DNA of 64,000 nt from Chiloscyllium plagiosum (taxonomy: Eukaryota). Below are positions 1-12,869 of this stretch, in pieces (the stretch's first letter is position 1; every line of letters begins with the position of its first letter). The position numbers were made by a program, and so were the translations under genes. The stretch spans positions 50,174,450-50,238,449 of the forward strand of contig NC_057718.1 in NCBI RefSeq assembly GCF_004010195.1. The letters run 5' to 3'. The notes below the pieces were generated by a model, which worked only from the letters and a program-made list of their open reading frames with translations, had not been told where the DNA came from and searched no databases.

Positions 1-1816
1 GCACTTATATCTGTGTAGTAGAAACCTTTGGCAATAACTGCAAGATGTGCAGAAGTTTCTCCTTTGGTGGCAATTTTATTGAAAAGAAAAGATGGACATA
101 GATCAGTGCTGAAAATGTTAAACAAGCTTTGCTTGGGCTGAATTGTACAGAAATCAATCATGCTCAACTCTTGAGCTTTTAGGCCGGGAGGTATTGCTGT
201 TGCTGATTAGGTTATGTAAAATGTGTAGAATAACATTGTCTCAACAAATCTATCAAGCTGATTAGTAACTATGATGCTTCAGTGCCAGATGGTGACTAAT
301 TCTCATTAACATGCAAATTTTATGGGTAACAACTGTAATAATAAAATATGAATGCAACGCACAACTTAATGAGCTGAATTTATTAAGACGGCATTGCAAA
401 ATATAAGCTGAATCATTAAGATTAAATATTGTCATATTTTTTCTGATATACCTAGTTATGACTGCAACAAAAGTATAATTAATTACTTTACCCATTGAAT
501 ATCATGGAATTAATACATCTTTCAGAAACTTATTTTCCCCATTTTTGGTCTTCAAAGAAAGATAAGGGACTTTTTACAGGTTACCATTGATTCATTAACA
601 TATTTAGATCGGATTTGTATTCCCAGCAGATCTGATAAGGTTTATAAAACGGGATACTCAGTCAGTTCAATTAAACTCTTTATCATCTACTTTAAAAAAA
701 TTTAAACTGTGTTCTTCAGAAACAATAATCTCTCGCACTTCAATAATTTCTCTCTGTACTACTGTGATCGAACTTGACATTTCCTTCTGTGAGCTTTCTC
801 CAGGGATCTGAGAATACCAAAGAATAACCAAACCTTTTCTCTTGCTTAGTCACTTATTTCTAGAGTTGAATCCCTTCCACCTGCATATATCATATGTTAG
901 ACATAGAGTATTCCTCTATGTAAGATAAACCATATAAGATTTGCTGAGCACCCACTCAGATGCATTTTAAGGTTTGAGACTGAAACATGAATCATGACTT
1001 TTTATACCTGCAGTTGCAGTAATGCTGGAGACGAGAGGGGGTGTTTGGTCTCACATTGGTGATATTGGGTGGCTGGGAGTGTATTTGTGCAAATAGAAAG
1101 TGGGACCATATTAGTCCTGAGTTCTTGATATTTTACCTCACCTTCTTGTGACATCACTAATTCACAGCTACTGAATATCTTCATATGGTCAAATTAAATC
1201 TCATGCTGTAACATAGTTGTTTTGCTTGAGGATGAAATGTTGGGATCAATTCTCCTTTCTTTCACATACTTCATTTAAATTTGTTAACTCAGCTAATTAA
1301 ATTGGTGTGCAATGTTTGTTCATATTGGATGGGGAGCCAGAGGCACTTTGTTGGAATCGGGTGTTGTTGTGTTATCCAGGCTGCTGTAAAATTTAAATCT
1401 ATATAGTCACTTGAATCCAGAGGAGATTCTTCCAAGTTTTCACAAATTCTGATTTTATTTATTATTCGCATGTCTTTCAAAAGGCTGTACTAGCACTAAG
1501 GTATAAAAGTGGCCAAACTAAGAGAAAGTTGATTCAATGTTCAGACAATTTGATAAGCATCACATCATCGAACATCTGGCAAAGCTAATATGTTCATGTG
1601 TGAAAGGTAAGGGTTTTTGGGAGGAAACTTTATCCTGTGTGCCTCTCAGGGCATGCTTCTTTCCAGACAGTAGTCTCCCTTGTTTGAAAAGAGGTGGTGG
1701 TCAAACTCATATCAGCTGCAGAATCCATGGGCAGATGTGGAGAAGATAGTGTACTGAAGTAAACCTGGATACGAAAACACCAAACAGGACTATGTATCAG
1801 TTTAATGGTCCACAAT

Positions 1817-2640
1817 GGCAAGCGGGAGAACTAGCCATTTGGGTACAGAACTGGCTCAAAGGTAGAAGACAGAGGTTGTTGGTGGAGGGTTAGTTTTCAG
1901 ACTGGAGGCCTGTGACAGTGGAGTGCCACAAGGACCAGCGCTGGATCCATTATTTTTCATCCTTTATATAAATGATTTGGACGTGAGCGTAAGAGGTACA
2001 GTTAGTAAGTTTGCAGATGAGACCAAATTGGAGGTGTAGTGGACAGTGAAGAAGGTTATCTCAGATTACAACGGGATCTTGATCACAAGGGCCAATGGGC
2101 TGAGGAGTGGCAGATGGAGTTTAATTCAGATAAATGTGAGGTGCTGCATCTTGGAAAAGCAAATCTTAACAGGACTTATACACCTAATGGTAAGGTCCTA
2201 GATAGTGTTGCTGAGCAAAGAGACCTTGGAGAGCAGGTTCATAGCTCTTTGAAAGTAGAGTTGCAGGTAGATAGGATACTGAAGATGGCATTTGGTATGC
2301 TTTCCTTTATTGGTCAGAGTATTGAGTACAGGAGTTGGGAGATCATGTTGCAGCTGTACAGGATATTAGTTAGGCCACTGTTGGAATATTATGTGCAATT
2401 CTGGTCTTCTTCCTATCAGAAGGATGTTGTGAAACTTGAAAGGGTTCAGAAAAGATTTACAAGGTTGTTACAAGGATTGGAGGTTTTGAGATATAGGGAG
2501 AGGTTGAACAGGCTGGGGTGTTTTCCCTGGAGAGTCGGAGGTTGAGGGATGACCTTATCTAGCTTTATAAAATCACGAGAGGCATGGATATGATAAATAG
2601 ACAAATTCTTTTCCCGGGGTAGGGGAGTCTGGAACTAGAG
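1817..2640 (+). mobile_element. CR1 LINE, 5'-truncated RT fragment (left part; resumes at 6943-7201)
   Basis: ORF 2039-2545 gives the CR1 RT C-terminus (WQMEFNSDKCEVLH, RPLLEYYVQFWS). The sequence breaks at ...ggaactagag and resumes at gagggcataggtttagg. Confidence 0.9.
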
Positions 2641-2792
2641 TCCTCCATTTTGAACAGAGCAGCGAGGAGAGAGGGCGGAGAGAAGTGAGGGCTGCCGGGA
2701 AGTTTTTAAGTGGGTGAGATCTAAACCCAATCTACACCGTATGGCCTCCCTCCCATGCCCCTCCTCTAACCTTACTAAGGGTCTGTAAACCC

Positions 2793-3126
2793 TTGCGGAG
2801 CGTTTCAGAGAACACCTCTGGGACACCCGGACCAACCAACCCAACCACCCTGTGGCTCAACACTTCAACTCCCCCTCCCACTCCACCAAGGATATGCAGG
2901 TCTTTGGACTCCTCCATCGCCAGACCACAACAACACGACGGTTGGAGGAAGAGCGCCTCATCTTCCGCCTAGGAATCCTCCAACCACAAGGGATGAACTC
3001 GGATTTCACCAGTTTCCTCATTTCCCCACCCCCCACCTTGTCTCAGTCAAATCCATCGAACTCAGCACCGCCTTCCCAACCTGCCTGCCTGACCTGCTGC
3101 GCTTTTCCAGCAACACATTTTCAGCT
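2793..3126 (+). mobile_element. Penelope-like element 3' fragment (GIY-YIG endonuclease C-terminus plus terminal repeat piece) in the CR1 5'UTR
   Basis: Reads LAERFREHLWDTRTNQPNHPVAQHFNSPSHS...LEEERLIFRLGILQPQGMN, a typical PLE endonuclease end. Flanked by ctgtaaac at 2783 and 3127. Confidence 0.85.
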
Positions 3127-3207
3127 CTGTAAACTCAGTAAGCTTTCAGGTTCTCTCTTTTTTTTCTTTTCCTCTCTGCCTTGTTTAGTCCAGTGTGGCT
3201 TTCACAT

Positions 3208-4108
3208 TAGCGGGGTATAGCTGATAGGGCAGTTGCATGTTCCTCCTGCAGAATGTGGCAGGTGAGAGACACTTCACATGTTTCTACCGACCACATCTGC
3301 AGGAAGTGCGCCCAACTCCAGCTCCTCGAAAACCGAGTTAGAGAACTGGAGCTGGAGCTCGATGAACTGTGTTTCATCCGGGAGGCTGAGGGAGAGATTG
3401 AGAGGATGTACAGAGAGGTGGTCACTTCTCAGACACAGGATAAGGACAGCTGGGTTACAGTCAGGGGGAGGAAAAGGAACAGATGGTCAGAGCAGCAATA
3501 AGTATACCACTTTGAATACTGCTGGTGGGGACGGCGTACCGGGGAAAGCCATAGTTGTCAGGTCTCTGGCACTGAAGCTCAGAAGGGAAGGGGATAGAAA
3601 AGAAAAGTGCTTGTGGTAGGGGTCTCAATAGTTAGACGGATTGACAGAAGATTTTGTTGTCAGGAACAGGACTCCCGGAAGGTATGTTGTCTCCCCGGTG
3701 CCATGATCTGGGATGTCGCCGATCGGGTTTACAAGATTCTGAAGGGGGAGAGTGAGCAGCTAGAAATCGTGGTACATATTGGCAGCAATGATATAACCAG
3801 GAAAAGGATTGAGGATCTGAAAAGTGACTACAGAGAGCTAGGTTGGAAGCAGAAGAGCAGGATGAGTACAGTAGTGTTCTCAGGTTTGCTACCGGTGCCA
3901 CGAGATAATGAGGCAAGGAAAAGGCAGCGAGTGCAGCTTAACACTGCGCAGCTGGTGCAGGAGGGAGGGCCTAAGACACTTAGGCCATTGGGATGCCTTC
4001 TGGGGAAGGTGGGACTTGTACAGGAAGGACGGGTTGCACCTGAACTGGAAGGGCACAAATGTCCTCAGTGGGAGATTTGCTCGTGTGGTTCGGGAGGATG
4101 TAAACTAG
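3208..4108 (+). pseudogene. CR1 ORF1 remnant (CxxC-CxxC zinc finger, leucine zipper, SGNH-type esterase), frameshifted
   Basis: CSSCRMW...HICRKC, LQLLENRVRELELELDEL, GVSIVR, CCLPGA, VHIGSND and DGLHLN are spread over several ORF-track frames. Confidence 0.85.
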
Positions 4109-5404
4109 CTTGGCAGGGGGATGGGAACCAGAGCTACATATCTGAGAGGGGAGGTAGTTTGATATGAGAAAGTGACAGGATGTACTGAATTTATCAGGAA
4201 GGTTATTCATGTTAGAAAGAACGTTTAAAAACAGTGAGGGTGGAAAAAGAGAAGGGGGTGTAGCATTGCTAATCAGAGAGTGCATCACAGCTTCAGAAAC
4301 AAAGGTTGTTGAGGAAGGTTTGTCTACTAAGTCAGTATGGGTCGAAGTTAGGAGGAGCAAGGGAACAGCCACCCCATTGGGAGGCTTCTACACACCCCCT
4401 AATAGCAGAAGGGAGATGGAAGAACTCATAGGCCAGCAGAATTTGGAAAAATGCAGATGTAGCAGGGTTGTTGTTATGGGTGACTTCAACTTTCCCAATA
4501 TTGACTGGAACCTCCTTAGTGCGGATGGTTTGAATGGAACCATTTTTGTCAGGTTTGTTCAGGAGGGTTTCCTTACTCTGCATGAGGTCAGACCGACAAG
4601 GGGAGAGGCCATTTTGGGTTTGTGCTCGGCAATGAGCCAGGACAGGTGTCAGATCTCGCGGTGGGAGAACACTTTGGTGACAGTGACCACAACTGCCTCA
4701 CATTTACCATAGCCTTGGAAAGGGTCGGGAGCAGGTACCATGGGAAGATATTTAACTGGGGAAAGTTAAATTATGACATTATCAGACAGGAGCTGAGAAG
4801 TACAGATTGGGAGCAATTGTTTCACAGAAAGGGCACAACAGACATGTGGAGATTGTTTAAGGAGCAGTTGTTGTGAGTGATGCACAAATTTGCTCCTCTG
4901 AGACAAGCAAGAAGGGGTAAGATTAAGGAGCCTTGGATGACGAGAACAGAGGAGCTTCTCGTCAAAAGGAAGAAGGCAGCTTACGTAAGGTGGAGGAAGC
5001 AAAGATCTAGCACAGCTTTAGAGGATTACAGGCTTACTAGAAAGGAGCTCAGAATGGACTGAGGAAAGCCAGGAGGGGGCACGAAAAAGGCTTGGCAGGA
5101 AGGACTAGGGAGAACCAAAGGCATTTTACTCATACGTGAGGAATAAGAGAATGATCAGGGAAAAGGTAGGGCCAGTCAGGGATAGCACAGGAAAATTGTG
5201 CAAGGAATCTGAGCAGATAGGGAAAGCCCTAAATAAATTTTTGCTTCGGTTTTCACTAAGGAAAGGGACCTTGTTGTGAATGAGAACTTTGAGGAGCTGG
5301 GAAATGGACTTGAACAGATGAAGATTGATGAAGTTGATGTGCTGGAAATTTTGGCAAACATTAAGATTGATAAGTCTCCAGGGCCAGACCAGATTTATCC
5401 TTGA

Positions 5405-6838
5405 TTGCTCCGGGAAGCGAGAATGGAGGTTACTAAGCCACTGGCGAAAATCTTTGCTTCCTCACTCTCTACGGGTGTTGTACTGGAGGATTGGAGGGAG
5501 ACGAATGTTGTTCCTCTTTTCAACAAGGGGAATAGGGAAATCTCGGGCAATTACAGACCAGTCAGTCTTACGTCTGTGGTCAGCAAGGTTTTGGAAAGAA
5601 TTCTGAGGGATAGGATTTATGACTATTTAGAAAACCATAGCGTGATTAAAGACAGTCAGCATGGCTTTGTGAGGGGCAGGTCATGCCTCACAAATCTTAT
5701 TGAGTTCTTTGAGGAGGTGACGACACAGGTCGATGAAGGTCGAGTAGTGGATGTGGTGTATGTGGACTTCAGCAAGGCATTTGATAAGGTTATCCATGGT
5801 AGGCTCATTCATAAAGTCATGAGGTATGGGATACAGGGAGATTTGGCTGTCTGGATTCAGAACTGGTTGGCTGTCAGAAGGCAGAGAGTGGTTGTAGATA
5901 GAAAGTTTTCTACCCGGAGGTCAGTGGTGAGTCGTGTCCCACAGAGCTCTGTTCTTGGGCCTCTGCTCTTTGTAGTTTTTATAAATGACTTGGATGAGGA
6001 GGTTGAGGGGTGGGTTAGTAAATTTGCTGATGACACAAAGATTGGAGGTGCCATTGATAATATCGAGGGTTATTGCAGGCTTCAGCGTGACATAGACAGG
6101 ATGCAGAGCTGGGCTGAGAAATGGCAGATGGTGTTTAACCTGGATAAATGCAAAATGATGCATTTTGGAAGGCCGAACTTGAATGCTGAATATAGGATTA
6201 AAGACAGGATTCTTGACAGTGTGGAGGAACAGAGGGATCTTGGTGTTCAAGTGCATAGATCCCTCAAAGTTACCACCCAATTGAATAGAGTTGTTAAGAA
6301 AGCATATGGTGTTTTGACTTTAATTAACAGGGAGAACAAGTTTAAGAGCCACAAGGTTTTGCTGCAGATCTACAAGATCCTGATGAGACCACACTTGGAA
6401 TATTGTGTCCAGTTCTGGTTGCCTTATTATTGGAAAGGTATAGAAGCTTTGGAGAGGGTGCAAAGGAGGCTTATCAGGATGCTGCCTAGATTGGATGGCT
6501 TGTCTTACGAAGAGAGATCGACTAAGCTCGGACGTTTCTCACGGGAGAGAAAGTGGAAGAGAGGTGACCTGATCGACATCTACAAGGTAATGAGAGGCAT
6601 GGATAGAGTCGATAGCCAGAAACTTTTCCCCAGGGCAGGATTGGCTGGCACGAGGGGTCATAGTTTTAAGATATTAGGAGGAAGGTATAGAGGAGACGTC
6701 AGAGGAAGGTTCTTTATGCAGAGAGTTGGGAATGCATGGAATGCATTGCCAGCGATGGTGTTGGAAGCAGAGTCATTAGGGAAATTTAAGCAACTGCTGG
6801 ATATGCACATGAATAGCATTGAAATGAGGGGTGCGTAG
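5405..6838 (+). CDS. CR1 ORF2 reverse transcriptase region, uninterrupted 477 aa (C-terminal part of a broken ORF2)
   Basis: NYRPVSLTS, SQHGF, DFSKAFDKV, VPQSSVLGP, SKFADDTK and RPHLEYCVQFW motifs. Confidence 0.85.
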   Translation: MLREARMEVTKPLAKIFASSLSTGVVLEDWRETNVVPLFNKGNREISGNYRPVSLTSVVSKVLERILRDRIYDYLENHSVIKDSQHGFVRGRSCLTNLIEFFEEVTTQVDEGRVVDVVYVDFSKAFDKVIHGRLIHKVMRYGIQGDLAVWIQNWLAVRRQRVVVDRKFSTRRSVVSRVPQSSVLGPLLFVVFINDLDEEVEGWVSKFADDTKIGGAIDNIEGYCRLQRDIDRMQSWAEKWQMVFNLDKCKMMHFGRPNLNAEYRIKDRILDSVEEQRDLGVQVHRSLKVTTQLNRVVKKAYGVLTLINRENKFKSHKVLLQIYKILMRPHLEYCVQFWLPYYWKGIEALERVQRRLIRMLPRLDGLSYEERSTKLGRFSRERKWKRGDLIDIYKVMRGMDRVDSQKLFPRAGLAGTRGHSFKILGGRYRGDVRGRFFMQRVGNAWNALPAMVLEAESLGKFKQLLDMHMNSIEMRGA

Positions 6839-6942
6839 GTTAAGTTATTTTATTTTAGATTAGGAATAATCCTTGGCAGAACATCATGGGCCGAAAGGCC
6901 TGGTCTGTGTTGTACTTTTCTATGTTCCATGTTCAATGTTTG

Positions 6943-7201
6943 CGAGGGCATAGGTTTAGGGTGAGAAGGGAAAGAAATAAAAGAGACCTAATGGGTAACT
7001 TTTTCATGGAGAGGGTGGTACCTATGGAATGAGCTGCCAGAGGAAGTGGTGGCATCTGGATAGGTATATGAATTGGTAGGGTTTGGAGGGATATGGGCCA
7101 GGTGCTGGCAGGTGGGACGAGATTGGATTGGGATATCTGGTTGGCATGGACGAGTTGGATCGAAGGGTATGTTTCCATGCTGTACATCTCTATGACTCTA
7201 T
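6943..7201 (+). mobile_element. CR1 LINE 3' end (continuation of 1817-2640)
   Basis: gagggcataggtttagggtgaga...ctgtacatctctatgactctat tail, the same tail as at about 32270-32284. Confidence 0.85.
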
Positions 7202-8169
7202 GCTGCAGAGCAATTGTCAGTCAATACTTTCCACATTTACTTGTAAACCATGATATGGCCTCATTTAAAAAAAAAGAGGAAACAAACGTACATTTATTAA
7301 ATACCTTCCATATCGTCTTAAAGTGTCCAAATTGTCCACAGCCAAATACATATCTTTGCAGTGTAGTCACTGCCATAAAGTAAAAGATCAAACTTCTCAC
7401 CTAGCACTGAACTGGTTTGGTAACTTACACTATGTCGTCACATTGCTAGGAAAGATTGCTCTCCATGTTTGACCAGAATGGATGTTCGACCTGAAATTTA
7501 AAACTGAAAACCGCATCACACTGAAACCTTCCAAAGGTTTCACATCCAAACCATGAAATGCCAGATAAATCATTTGACTAAAAATATTCAAAAGGGCCAA
7601 AACAAACTATAAATTTTTCAAAAATGACTGTGGAACACCATACTATAAAGATTAACGATACATTTTAAAACCTTAGTCACCTTTGTTCCCTTTCCAAATG
7701 GATCTAGAAGCAAGTTAAAATCTGAGCATAATCATCATGCAGAGTTAGCTCTTCTGATGGTACCTCTCTTTCTCTCTAATGGTTTGAAATAATTTATTAA
7801 CAGAAAATGTTTTGAAAGGTAGTGTGGAAAATAAAAGGTTAGTCTAACATAATTAGTAATGACACTGTCATCACTCAACGTTGAACAGGAATACAGGGAA
7901 AACTTGCCCATTTTTTGAAGTCAACTATTTTGTACACTGAAAATATATATGCATTGTTACAAAAGGTTTGATTTTTTTCAATGTGGGATCAGGTATCCAA
8001 ACTTGAATATTTTCCAGGTCGTGGCTTTGCATGGCATCTGTATTGTTCATATAACAGAACCTCCAAATGTAATTGCTCTAATTGGGACAATGGTGTGCTC
8101 GACATAATTACTAGGGCTGAATGCGACTAGGAAGTTTGAATTGCCTGCAAAATATGTTAAAAGGCTACC

Positions 8170-9850
8170 TGATAGAATCTGGAAGCAGGAGTTGGCTATT
8201 TGGCCCTTTGAGCCTGCTCTGCCATTTGATAGGATAATGGCTGATTCTCCATCCCAACTCCATATTCCCACATTCTCTCCATATGCCTTGATGTTATTAA
8301 TATTTTTGAAAATATCAATCTGTTTCTTCAATGTACTCAGTGGCCGGATATCCAATACCATCCATGGCAGTGAATTCCACAGATTGACCATCTTCTGAGG
8401 AAAATAATATTTCCCCATCTCAGTCTTAAATAAACTACACTGTATCCTGAGACTGTAACCCCTAGTTGTAAATTCCCCATCCAGGAAGATAAATCTTCCC
8501 TGCATTAGTTTGCTCAGCTGGTTAGAATTTGATACATTTCAATCAGAGGAGCTCTCATTCTTCTAAACTCTGGTGAGTACAGGCCCAATCAAACCAAACT
8601 CTCCTCATAAGACAGTCCTGCTATTCCTGGTATGAGCCTAACGAACTCCCTCTCTGGCAAGTATATCCTTTCATAGGTAGGGAAATCAAAACTGCACACG
8701 ATACTCATATCACAGTCTTACCAAAGTCAAAACGTGCGGTGCTGGAAACGCACAGCCGGTCAGGCAGCATTCATGGAGCAGAAGATCTTCGACATTCCTG
8801 GTGAAGAGCTTATGCCCGAAACGTTGACTCTCTTGCTCCTCGGATGCTGCCAGACAAGCTGTGCTTTTCCAGCACCACATGTTTTGACTCTGATCTCCAG
8901 CATCTGTGGTCCTCACTTTCTCCACGGTCTTACAAATGTTTTGTTTTACTGTAGTAAAACAATCCTACATCTGAAATCAAATCCTCTTGCAATATAAATG
9001 AATATACCATTTCTCTTCCTAACTGCTACCGCACTTGCCTATCTCCTTTCATTGGCCGGTGTACAGGGACACCCAGATCCCATTATAAATTGACTTGTTC
9101 CAATATATCACCATGCATAGCTCGGGCCCAAGCACTGACCCCTGTGGTACACCATTTGTCACCATCTGCCACCCAGAAAAAAGAACATATTTATTTCCAC
9201 TCTCTATCTACCTCTGTACATTTATTTCCACACTCTGTCAAACAGTTCTCAAATTGTGACAGTATATTAACCTCAATTCCATATATTTTAATTTCTTTGT
9301 TCTCCATGATATAATTTGCCCCCATTTCTGCCAGTAGGGAACTTATGTTTCTCCTCACTAAGCTTTTCTCGCCACATAATTATAGAAGCTTTCGTAACCA
9401 GCTTTTATGTACTTACAAATTTACTTTCATACGCTCTTCTCCCCCTCTTGTCCTATTTGCTGAATTCTAAACTGCTCCTAGCCCTTAGGCTGTGTTACCT
9501 TTTCTGGTAAACTTCTATGTTTTCTATTTGGATCTAACACTGTCACTAATTTCTTGTGTTAGCCATGGTTAAGCCAATTTACCTGTTTTATTTTTGTACC
9601 AGATGAGAATGAATAATTGTTGTAATTCATGCATACATTCTTTAAATATTAGCCATTGCTAACCTACTGGTAACATTCCCCAATCCAACATTGCCAATTT
9701 GCACCTCATACCCCAATTGTCCCCTTTATTAAAGTCAGGACCCTGATTTTTGCATTCCATTTCTTCACTTCCTATCTTCATGAACATTTCTATAATTTTG
9801 TGGCCTTTCCTCCCCTATGGACCTTGCACGCCATCCATTTAATTTCATCG
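8170..9850 (-). mobile_element. Old, internally deleted CR1 LINE
   Basis: ORF 8047-8505(-) has TRGYSLRI...MVNLWNSLP (CR1 3' end). Decayed RT and endonuclease-like sequence continues to about 9850. Confidence 0.7.
8724..8921. mobile_element. Penelope-derived fold-back insert (family A)
   Basis: Inverted arms with a mutated hammerhead core ctggtga-agagcttatgccc-gaaa. Duplication cacagtcttacca/cacggtcttacaa (8711, 8922). Confidence 0.8.
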
Positions 9851-10841
9851 AATTTTTAATTTAATTAATTCTTTTGTATTGCATAATATTGACGTGTTGC
9901 CTTGCAAAATCAAGCAGAAAACATTGGAGGGTCAATAACCATAATGGGCACAAAAGAGTCTAAACAATCAACAAGAAGGTACTGCAGCCAATTCATAACA
10001 AAATTCCACTGCAGAAAAAACATCTTGTTGTTGAAGAACAAACCTAATTGCTGTGCATTTGCACAAGATTGTAGTGCTCTAACAGCATATAACATTTAAG
10101 TTTGGTATTTTCTAAATTAAAAATCATCTTCTGACTCTCCTTGACTCTTTAGCATTTTCTTCAAAACGCATTACAGGCCAATCCCAGGTGTGCAGCTTCC
10201 ATTCTCAACCCATGGTCACTTGCAAGCTCTGGCCAAAGACATGGGGATCAATTTTACACTTCCTCAGCTGGACATATTTGTGGGTGCAGGGTGCTCATTA
10301 AATCAACTAAAGGATTGGGATTTAATAACTGGCAGCAGAAGACACACCAAGTGATTAGTTGGAAAGGGGTTCCATTCAGGGGATAATGGTGGTGGAGGGT
10401 TTTCCCTCTTCAAATGACCCATCAAGCCTGATGGAGGGCCCCCACAATTCACCTCCACGGGAATCACTACTATTGTGATCCCTCAAACTCCAGCCTCTTA
10501 TCACCGAGCCCATGGCCCCTCACCAGGGCCTGCTATCTTGACACTTGGCAAACATCTGCATAATGAGCCAAATCATAATCCAATATCAGTTACTATGATC
10601 TTAAAGCACGATGCTGTGGGACTTTCTGAAATCTCCAATTAATCATGAATTAATTGGCTACAAAACTGCAGCCATTGTTTACTTGATGACTCTCCTTCAA
10701 CTTCATATCCAGGGGAATGGAAAGGTGGTAACAGATTCTGATGCCTTGTATAATTCTACCCACTAAAAGTGTTCCAATCCCCCATCACTCAGCAGATTTA
10801 GTGTTATAGTGATATCACACATAATGTCAATAACAGACATA

Positions 10842-11816
10842 TGCCTTATGAACAAAACCAGGAAGTGCTTGTAGGATCATGAAGAAATCCACATTTAGCA
10901 CAAAGAGGCCCACAATCAGTTTATTTGCAGGCCCTGATCCCACCTAAGGCAGCAATCTCTGGGAGTGTTCCAAGAAGCTATCTCCAGAAGAGGGATCTCA
11001 AGTAGCGATTGAAAAGAGCTAAACCAGGAGGAGCGTTCCAACAAGCCATCTCTGGAAGAATTCCAACAGTAGATATCAGCAACTATTTCCAACAGCTATC
11101 TCCAGAAAGGGGATCTCAACAGTAATTCCAAGAGCTAAAGATGCAGGCCTGTTCCAAACCCAGGGGAAACAATGGCTACTGACCATGGCCAGCAGAATTA
11201 AGAACTGACAAACTCTGTAAAAGCTTCAGACACATCCTGAAGTGAAAACTGGGCAGGTAAAACTCACCAGCAAATAAAGAAAATGAAGTACTTACCCAAT
11301 AGATCTATTACGCATCCTACCAGATCTGCAGACTCAATCTAGGCTGAAGGCCTATGTGGTCTGAAGTCTTCATCCAGACACCCAGTACGGCAAACGGGAG
11401 CATCTATTTGTACTTCAAAATTGTGTTTTTCTCAGTGGTGAGCTTAAGGTCCTGAGACCCCAAAGTTTCTGACCTAGATAGTAGGGAGGGTATGGCATGT
11501 GGTGACAGTACAGGGAACCCCAATAGTAGGATGCCTGATTAAAGTTTCTCTGATTAAATCCCTTCATATAACTTCTAATAGTGTTTAATCTAACTAATAG
11601 TGTATTTAGTAGTATTACTGTCCTCTGTACAACTAATTGTGTTAATTTCACTGTTGTTGCATTTACCTTTATTTCCTATATTATCTGTACCTTTTGTATT
11701 GTAAATAAACACAGAGATTCTTTTGCCTTGAAACACCTGACTACAGCCTTCTTCATTTCACCTTCCCTAAATAAGTCCAATGTCCAGAACCAGTGTTCTG
11801 GGGTTGATTCAAATCA
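10842..11816 (+). mobile_element. Probable solo LTR (about 975 bp)
   Basis: TG...CA ends with flanking CATA (10838-10841, 11817-11820), internal repeats ctatctccagaa..ggatctcaa (10978, 11096) and AATAAA near 11705. No second copy in the window. Confidence 0.5.
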
Positions 11817-12869
11817 CATAAAAATCAACAAATTACTGATTGTAAATCAGAACCTCACATTTTGGAGAAACCCAACAGGTCTGCAGCATGTGTGGAGACA
11901 GAAGCAGTGGTAACACTTTGGGTCCATTATGAATCTTTATCAATCCAATGAAGTTTGATGCAGCCTCAATAAAGATCAATATTGTAACTGCAGATTGGCT
12001 GGGTGCTGATCCATGAGTACATGTCCAGTGGAAAATTCATTACTAATTGAATGTACTGCATCACCAGTCAGTAGTATAGTGAACTTTTTTAATATCTTTG
12101 ACTCAGAGAGATTTGTTCTGGTCTGCGCTCTGAATTATTCTAATTACACTTGCTTTACTCCTGTTGCGATACTCAGCATTGATCAGAAGATCAATATAAT
12201 AATGGAGCTATGCATTATAAACCATTTAAAGAATGCTGCTGTGTGGGGGTCTGGAAGGGTTAATACTTGATTGCAAAACGTATCACCCACTGTGATGCCA
12301 TCATAAGGTTTTGGTGGGAGAGTAAAGGGGATCTCATGTGAGCTAGATCTAAGGCTCAGTCTTTCCTACATTAATTTTGGAATGTAGAGCTGACTTTTCA
12401 TAAGCATAACTAGTTACAGTGATGCAATAAACTACATCTTGTTTATCAACAAGACTCCTTTAGAGTAGATAGTATCTACTCTTGCACACACTGGACCACG
12501 TATGCCTCTAAAGGACTCTCATGCAATACAATGGCAGCGCACAAAACAAATACTTTGATGTCATCATTTGGCTATATGCAGAGGTTCTCTAAGGCAACAA
12601 TGTGTAATTGTTGTGTCTTCCTTCAGTTGAGGTTAATTGTTCTTAGACTGCTTTTTAAGTGAGCTAGAGCCAGACTATATTTTCTTAATAATGTGATGAC
12701 TGAAACAAATTAAAGGTCAGTTTGTTGTGGGAGCTATTTCTCTGCATGTTGAACAGTACATTTTTCTTTTCAAACAAAAACAAATTTTATGGGTGTATAT
12801 GTGGAATATTTGAATACTGTCTCAAGATTCTTCTTGAGTAGCATTGCCCAAGGTTAGTTGGAGATTATA

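Larger units (their letters stand above)
2641..6935 (+). mobile_element. Near full-length CR1 LINE (5'UTR, ORF1, ORF2, TTCTATG-type tail) inserted in another CR1
   Basis: ORF1 zinc finger, leucine zipper and esterase pieces; APE endonuclease motif VVMGDFNFPNIDW; RT; tail tttctatgttccatgttc. Frameshifts and stops in ORF1 and the endonuclease. Confidence 0.92.

Noticed and set aside
1002..1184. ORF containing LSICTNTLP ending at a CAG|GTATA donor, faintly like LHCGR exon 5 (LSICNTG)
   Set aside because: No acceptor at the required position, wrong length and phase, and no LRR pattern afterwards.
7675..7703. Minus-strand FGKGTKVT, resembling an Ig/TCR J segment, also readable as a 23-nt AG/GT micro-exon
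   Set aside because: No recombination signal heptamer or nonamer upstream, no donor at the J position, no other V/J/C segments, and the phase does not fit the receptor exons.
9902..10099. ORF with NCCAFA, resembling the receptor hinge motif HCCAF
   Set aside because: Wrong strand, no preceding LTYPS, and no exon-9-like LRRs or splice sites.
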